Origin: Candidatus Eiseniibacteriota bacterium | GTDB taxonomy: Bacteria; Eisenbacteria; RBG-16-71-46 | Direction: 5' to 3' | Assembly: GCA_031364845.1 (NCBI GenBank) | Contig: JANLWX010000148.1 | Span: 1 to 11,875 of the forward strand | Length of the DNA: 11,875 nt | Part shown: piece after piece, positions 7,492 through 11,875 of the stretch | Layout: the number at the start of each line of letters is the position of its first letter | Numbering within the stretch: the first letter of the stretch is position 1 | The notes under the pieces: model-generated | The model's database searches: none | The model's input: the letters and a program-made list of their open reading frames with translations, nothing else | Told to the model about the DNA's origin: nothing | Position numbers and translations under genes: made by a program

Positions 7492-7518
7492 GTATCGGCG
7501 CAGGCCGGGAGGTTCTTA
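7492..7518 (-). promoter_or_regulatory. Putative sigma28 (FliA/SigD/WhiG)-type promoter of the TPR-like gene
   Basis: The minus strand reads TAAG-aacctcccggcctgc(15 nt)-GCCGATAC against the consensus TAAA-N15-GCCGATAA. It is intergenic, correctly oriented and ends 46 nt upstream of the start codon. Confidence 0.65.
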
Positions 7519-7577
7519 AGAATTTGTGAGGGCGTGGAGATGGGCGCTGGAAACGCGGGCGTTACGCGCTAGAAGAT

Positions 7578-7609
7578 TCCGGAGGTGGCGCCAGGGCGCC
7601 ACCTCCGGA
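7578..7609 (-). terminator. Long hairpin closing the Mo-hydroxylase operon
   Basis: TCCGGAGGTGGCGCC-AG-GGCGCCACCTCCGGA is a perfect 15-bp inverted repeat 3 nt after the FAD-subunit stop, followed on the minus strand by ATCTTCT. Confidence 0.75.
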
Positions 7610-7612
7610 TGA

Positions 7613-8500
7613 TCATCCCCGCGAAAACCGCGAGTCCGCCGCGCGCAGGAACTGGTCGAGCACGTTGCCCGCGACCTCGATCCGGTACTCCTTGTCCGAG
7701 CGGATGTCGTCGATCGGCGCGATGTCCTTGGCGAGTGCTGCGCGCGCCGCGGCCGCAAGTGCGGCACTCGGGCGTCCGCCGCGCAGCACCGCTTCGGCGT
7801 GCAGCGCGCGCACCGTCACCGGGGCCACGCTGCCGAACGCGAGGCGCACGTGCGGATCGCGCCCGCGTGCATGCGGCGCGATCAGGCCGCAGAACGCGAC
7901 CTTGGAGATGCTCTGCGCGCGGCGGGTGCCGACCTTGCGGAAGAACGGGAAGCTGCCGCGCGGCGGTGTTGGAATCATGACGGCGGTGATCAGCTCGTCG
8001 GGCTCGATCGCGAGTTCGCGATAGCCGGTGTAGAGCTGCGCGAACGGAATGTCGCGCCGGCCGCGGATCGAACGCACCGCGACCACCGCGTCGTGCGCGA
8101 GCAGCACCGGCAGCGAATCGCCGGCAGGTGAAGCGTTCGCGATGTTGCCGGCGATGGTCGCGCGATGCTGGATCTGCAACGCGCCGATCTCGCTCGCCGC
8201 GATCGCGAGCGACGGCAGGCGGCGGCGGATGTCGCGGTGCATGCGCAGCTCATGAAATGTGGTCAGCGCGCGGATCACGACGTCGTTGCGGTTCACCTCG
8301 ATGCCGCGCAGCTCGCGCAGCTTGCCGAGATCGAGAAAGCGTTTGCCCTTCTGCGTGCCCGCGTTCAGGTAAACGAACAGATCGGTGCCGCCGGCGATGG
8401 GAATCGCGCGCTCGCGCACGACCGACTCGGCGAGCACGCCGAGCGCTTCGTCGAGATGCTTGGGCCGATCGACCGAGAGTGCGGAGAGGGCGGTCTTCAT
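7613..8500 (-). CDS. Xanthine dehydrogenase-family FAD-binding subunit (CoxM/PucC-like), 295 aa
   Basis: The ATG at 8500 (MKTALS...) overlaps the upstream stop. Motifs IAGGTDL, QIQHRATIAGNIANASPAGD, F.KVG.R.A..ISKV, GSVAP and PIDDIRS..EYR. Confidence 0.92.
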   Translation of the reverse strand: MKTALSALSVDRPKHLDEALGVLAESVVRERAIPIAGGTDLFVYLNAGTQKGKRFLDLGKLRELRGIEVNRNDVVIRALTTFHELRMHRDIRRRLPSLAIAASEIGALQIQHRATIAGNIANASPAGDSLPVLLAHDAVVAVRSIRGRRDIPFAQLYTGYRELAIEPDELITAVMIPTPPRGSFPFFRKVGTRRAQSISKVAFCGLIAPHARGRDPHVRLAFGSVAPVTVRALHAEAVLRGGRPSAALAAAARAALAKDIAPIDDIRSDKEYRIEVAGNVLDQFLRAADSRFSRG

Positions 8501-9066
8501 CCGCGGCTCCTGCGTTTGGCGGGTGCGGTCGCGCGTTTCTTGGGCGCCTTCTTCTTCGGCGCCGCCGCAGCCTTCCGCGCTTTCGCCACGCGCCGCGCGC
8601 CACCGGCCGCCGCGCGCACGGAGTCGACGATCTTCTGATAGCCGGTGCAACGACACAGATTGCCGGCGAGCGCCTCGCGCACTTCGTCCTCGCTCGGCAC
8701 GCCCTTCGAACGCTGGAGCAGCTCGAACGCCGATACGAGAATGCCCGGCGTGCAGATGCCGCACTGCGAGCCGCCCATCTCAACGAACGCTTCCTGCAGC
8801 AGCGTCAGCTTGCGGCCTTTGGCGAGCCCTTCGACGGTGACCAGCTTGCGGCCCTCGGCCTGGAACGCGGGCACGAGGCACGAGTTCACGCTGCGGCCGT
8901 CGATCAGCACGGTGCACGCGCCGCACTCGCCTTCGCCGCAGCCTTCCTTGGTGCCGGTGAGTCTTAAGTCTTCGCGCAGCACGTCGAGCAGACGCTTCAT
9001 CGGCGGCACGGATACGCGGGTGGCCTTGCCGTTCACCACGAACTTGAGCGGGATCGCCTTGCTCAC
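8497..9066 (-). CDS. Xanthine dehydrogenase-family 2x[2Fe-2S] subunit (CoxS/PucE-like) with basic C-terminal tail, 189 aa
   Basis: GTKEGCGEGECGACTV...NSCL, SQCGICTPG and GNLCRCTGY. The GTG start overlaps the upstream TGA. Confidence 0.95.
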   Translation of the reverse strand: MSKAIPLKFVVNGKATRVSVPPMKRLLDVLREDLRLTGTKEGCGEGECGACTVLIDGRSVNSCLVPAFQAEGRKLVTVEGLAKGRKLTLLQEAFVEMGGSQCGICTPGILVSAFELLQRSKGVPSEDEVREALAGNLCRCTGYQKIVDSVRAAAGGARRVAKARKAAAAPKKKAPKKRATAPAKRRSRG

Positions 9067-9599
9067 TCGTCACGCTCCTGCTTGAGATTCGCAAACGGAA
9101 GAGCGCCGTAGTGCCGTTCGAAGTTGTCCTGATACTCGCCTTCGAAGCGCGAAGGATCGTCCTTCGGCATCGGCTTCCACGCGACGCGCAGCGATCCATG
9201 GTCGCGCAGCTGCCACACCGCGCGTCCGCCCCAGTGCGAGACATGGCGGCCGTGGCCGAATCGCAGATAGCGCTTCACGCGCTGCTTCAGCAGTCGGCGC
9301 ACACCGGGTCCCCGCGCGCGCGCGAAGTAGAGGATCTGGGCACCCGGCACCCACAGCTTCTCCAGCTCTTCGATCGGAATGTCGGGGCTCGTGTCACGAA
9401 AGCGCGCGGCGGTGCTCTTCGCCATGAACTGCGGCGGATCGAGAGACTCGCGCATCACGGCGTAGATCCCGCGGATGTTCGGCAGCTCTTCGCAGCTGTC
9501 GGCGTAGAGCTGCGAAGTGGTGCGGAATCCTTCGAAGCCTTCGGCGTGCAGAAACGCGATCGAGCCCGGATCCATGTCCTCGTTCCCGCGCAGAGGCAT
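9063..9599 (-). CDS. GIY-YIG-like protein, possibly a degenerate nuclease (about 178 aa)
   Basis: C-terminal part of the 388-aa ORF. Start is ATG 9599 (or GTG 9602, or ATG 9575). It fills the gap between the Mo and Fe-S subunit genes exactly. Ordered elements: LP..RGIYAV, ILYFARA (YIG-equivalent), LKQRV, HWGGR..WQL, VAWK, RFEGE and YG.LPFAN. Confidence 0.7.
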   Translation of the reverse strand: MPLRGNEDMDPGSIAFLHAEGFEGFRTTSQLYADSCEELPNIRGIYAVMRESLDPPQFMAKSTAARFRDTSPDIPIEELEKLWVPGAQILYFARARGPGVRRLLKQRVKRYLRFGHGRHVSHWGGRAVWQLRDHGSLRVAWKPMPKDDPSRFEGEYQDNFERHYGALPFANLKQERDE

Positions 9600-11875
9600 C
9601 ACTTTGTTCCCGCAAGTGCGCGCAGCAGGCGTTCGGGCGTCACCGGGATCTCGTCGATCCGCACGCCGGTCGCGTGCGCGATTGCGGCGACCACGGCCGG
9701 CGCGGGCGCATCCATCGGCAGCTCGCCGACGCCCTTGGCGCCGAACGGCCCGCGCGAGTACGGAATCTCGACGATGTCGACATCGATCGGCGGCGCGTCC
9801 ATGAACGTCGGGATGATGTAGTTCGTGAGCTGGTGGTTCCACACGCGGCCGTCCTTCCACCGCACCTCTTCGAGCAGCGCCCAGCCCAATCCCTGCAGCG
9901 TGCCGCCTTCGATCTGCCCCGCGGCCAACACCGGATGGATCGCCTTGCCGATGTCCTGAGCCGTCGTCACGCGGATCACCTGCGTCTCGCCGGTGTCGAG
10001 ATCCACTTCGACCTCCGCGGCGAGGGCCGCGTACGAGAACACGCCGTACGCATCGCCGCGATAGGTGTCGTCGTCCCACACGATCTCGGCCGGTTTCTGA
10101 TAGCGGCACTCGACACGTAGCGCGCCGCGCTCGGCGAGCCAGCGCTTGGCGATGCGGCGGAAGTCGTCGCCGTCGCGCGGCGGACGCTCGGCGAACAACT
10201 CGAGTTTCTCGCGCATGCTGCGCGCGCACTGCTCGATCAATCCGCCCACGATCACCACCGTGCGCGACGCGACGGTCGGTCCGCTGTCGGGCACCAGCGA
10301 AGTGTCGGGGTTCTCGATCGACACCAGCTCAGCCGGCACGCCGAGCGTCTCGGCTACGATCTGCGAGAACACGGTGATCGTGCCCTGACCGATTTCGGTA
10401 TTGGCGACCAGCACCCGCGGCCGCCCATCGGCCGCAAGGTCGAGTGCCGCGACCGAGGCCACCTTCACCTCGCCGCTGCCGGTGAATCCCGCGCCGTGAT
10501 AGACCAGCGACATGCCGAGCCCGCGCCGCACGCGCCGGCGCGGCGATCCGAGCGAGCTGGGTACGATGCCACCGGCTGACGCCGTCGCAGAACTGCCGAT
10601 ACGTCCGCTGCGTTCGGCCTTCTCGGCCGCCTGGTTCTCGCGCTCGATCTCCTTGCGGCGCTTCGCCCACTTCGAGCGCACAGCGGTGCGCTCGAGCACT
10701 TCGAGCGTGCCGACGCTCTCGCGCAGCACCTGCCCGGTCGGTGTGATGTCGCCGAGCACGTACGCGTTGCGACGACGCAGCTCGACCGGATCCATCCCGA
10801 GCTGTTCCGCCACCCGCTCCATCTGGCATTCCATCGCGAACTCGGTCTGCGGCGCGCCGAAGCCGCGGAACGCACCGTTGGGCGGCGTGTTGGTCGCCAC
10901 CGCGCGCGCTTCGATCTTCACGTTGGGACACCGATACGGTCCCGCCGCGTGGATCGCGCCGCGCGACAACACGACCGGCGACAGCGTGATGTAGGCGCCA
11001 CCGTCCATCACGATGTCGATGTGCTGGGCCACCAGTGTGCCGTCGCGCTTCACGCCGGTCTTGATGCGCATGACCGCCGGATGCCGCTTGGTGGTGGCCG
11101 CGATGTCCTCGAGCCGGTCGTAGACGATCTTGACCGGACGCCCGCTCTTCCACGCGAGCAACGCCGCGTGACCGCCGATCATCGACGGATACTCTTCCTT
11201 GCCCCCGAAGCCGCCGCCCGTCACCGTCTGCACGACTCGCACTTGCTCGGCCGTGAGATTGAACGCGCGCGCCATCGCCTTGTGCACGTAGTACGGGCAC
11301 TGGAGCGAACCCTTCACCAGGAGCCCGCCGTCGGCCGTGCGCTCGGCCATCATCGCGTTGTTCTCGATATAGAGCTGCTCCTGGTGACCGCAGCGATACT
11401 CGCCCTCGACGATCACGTCGGCCTCGGCGAACCCCGCATCGAGATCGCCGCGCGCGATGAGCAGCTTCTTCATCACGTTGTCGGTGCCGTGGATGATCGC
11501 CTTGCCCGCGAGCGCGTCTTCGACGGTCAGCACCGGATCCAGCACGTCGTACTCGATGCGCACCGCGTACGAGGCCGCTTCGGCGCGCTCGATGTCTTCG
11601 TGCGCCACGAGCACGATCGGCTCTTCAGCGTGGCGGATCTCGCTCGCCGCGAGCAGCGGCTGATCGTCGGCGATCAACGCGACGATGTTCTCGCCCGGGA
11701 TGTCGCGATGATCGACGACGACCACGCCGGTCCAGTCGAAGGCGGGATCGAATTCGATGCTGCGGATCCGCCCGCGCGCGATCGTCGAACGTACCGTGCG
11801 CCCGTGGAGGATGCCCGGAACCGACAGGTCGTCCAGATAGAGCGCGCGACCGGTGACCTTGTCGTGCGCTTCGAG
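9599..11875 (-). CDS. Xanthine dehydrogenase-family molybdopterin-binding subunit (PucD/CoxL-like), 5'-partial
   Basis: The frame stays open to the window edge (LEAHDKVTGRALYLDDL...HGRTVRSTIARGRI). Motifs QEQLYIE, SLQCP, GGGFGGK, AFRGFGAPQ, EIGQG, TVASR, GQIEGG and KGVGE (catalytic Glu). Confidence 0.95.
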   Translation of the reverse strand, partial: LEAHDKVTGRALYLDDLSVPGILHGRTVRSTIARGRIRSIEFDPAFDWTGVVVVDHRDIPGENIVALIADDQPLLAASEIRHAEEPIVLVAHEDIERAEAASYAVRIEYDVLDPVLTVEDALAGKAIIHGTDNVMKKLLIARGDLDAGFAEADVIVEGEYRCGHQEQLYIENNAMMAERTADGGLLVKGSLQCPYYVHKAMARAFNLTAEQVRVVQTVTGGGFGGKEEYPSMIGGHAALLAWKSGRPVKIVYDRLEDIAATTKRHPAVMRIKTGVKRDGTLVAQHIDIVMDGGAYITLSPVVLSRGAIHAAGPYRCPNVKIEARAVATNTPPNGAFRGFGAPQTEFAMECQMERVAEQLGMDPVELRRRNAYVLGDITPTGQVLRESVGTLEVLERTAVRSKWAKRRKEIERENQAAEKAERSGRIGSSATASAGGIVPSSLGSPRRRVRRGLGMSLVYHGAGFTGSGEVKVASVAALDLAADGRPRVLVANTEIGQGTITVFSQIVAETLGVPAELVSIENPDTSLVPDSGPTVASRTVVIVGGLIEQCARSMREKLELFAERPPRDGDDFRRIAKRWLAERGALRVECRYQKPAEIVWDDDTYRGDAYGVFSYAALAAEVEVDLDTGETQVIRVTTAQDIGKAIHPVLAAGQIEGGTLQGLGWALLEEVRWKDGRVWNHQLTNYIIPTFMDAPPIDVDIVEIPYSRGPFGAKGVGELPMDAPAPAVVAAIAHATGVRIDEIPVTPERLLRALAGTK

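Noticed and set aside
8501..8764. N-terminal extension of the FAD-subunit ORF, or a frameshifted Fe-S/FAD fusion
   Set aside because: It overlaps the Fe-S gene in another frame. Both genes are complete and joined by an ordinary ATGA overlap.
9603..10229. N-terminal 209 aa of the 388-aa ORF
   Set aside because: It overlaps the Mo-subunit C-terminus out of frame. Protein-like sequence begins only at the stop/start overlap.
9599..11875. Aerobic CO dehydrogenase large subunit (form I CoxL)
   Set aside because: The active-site loop is AFRGFG, not AYxCSFR.
1..11875. CRISPR array, tRNA/rRNA, transposase or integrase
   Set aside because: No regularly spaced repeats, cloverleaf or recombinase motifs were seen. 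The intergenic gaps are short, and their hairpins are unrelated to each other.

Overview
High-GC bacterial window with two minus-strand housekeeping-like blocks flanking a plus-strand accessory island. Minus strand, right to left: a 5'-truncated xanthine-dehydrogenase-family molybdenum hydroxylase operon ordered Mo subunit > GIY-YIG-like protein > 2Fe-2S subunit with a Lys/Ala/Pro tail > FAD subunit, all joined by start/stop overlaps and closed by a 15-bp inverted repeat; a small TPR-like gene behind a good sigma28-type promoter match; an overlapping trio of site-2 protease-CBS > phosphodiester-glycosidase-family exported protein > Zn-ribbon NUDIX hydrolase; and, at the left end, mmsA. Plus strand (1840-4303): a translationally coupled three-gene unit of a MORC-like GHKL ATPase, a 92-aa helical protein and an AbiEii/MenT-like nucleotidyltransferase, with both junctions reading AKRGR-stop. 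The best candidates for an undescribed system are this ATPase + small protein + NTase unit and the GIY-YIG-like gene inside the Mo-hydroxylase operon. All family calls come from reading motifs by eye; no searches were run.
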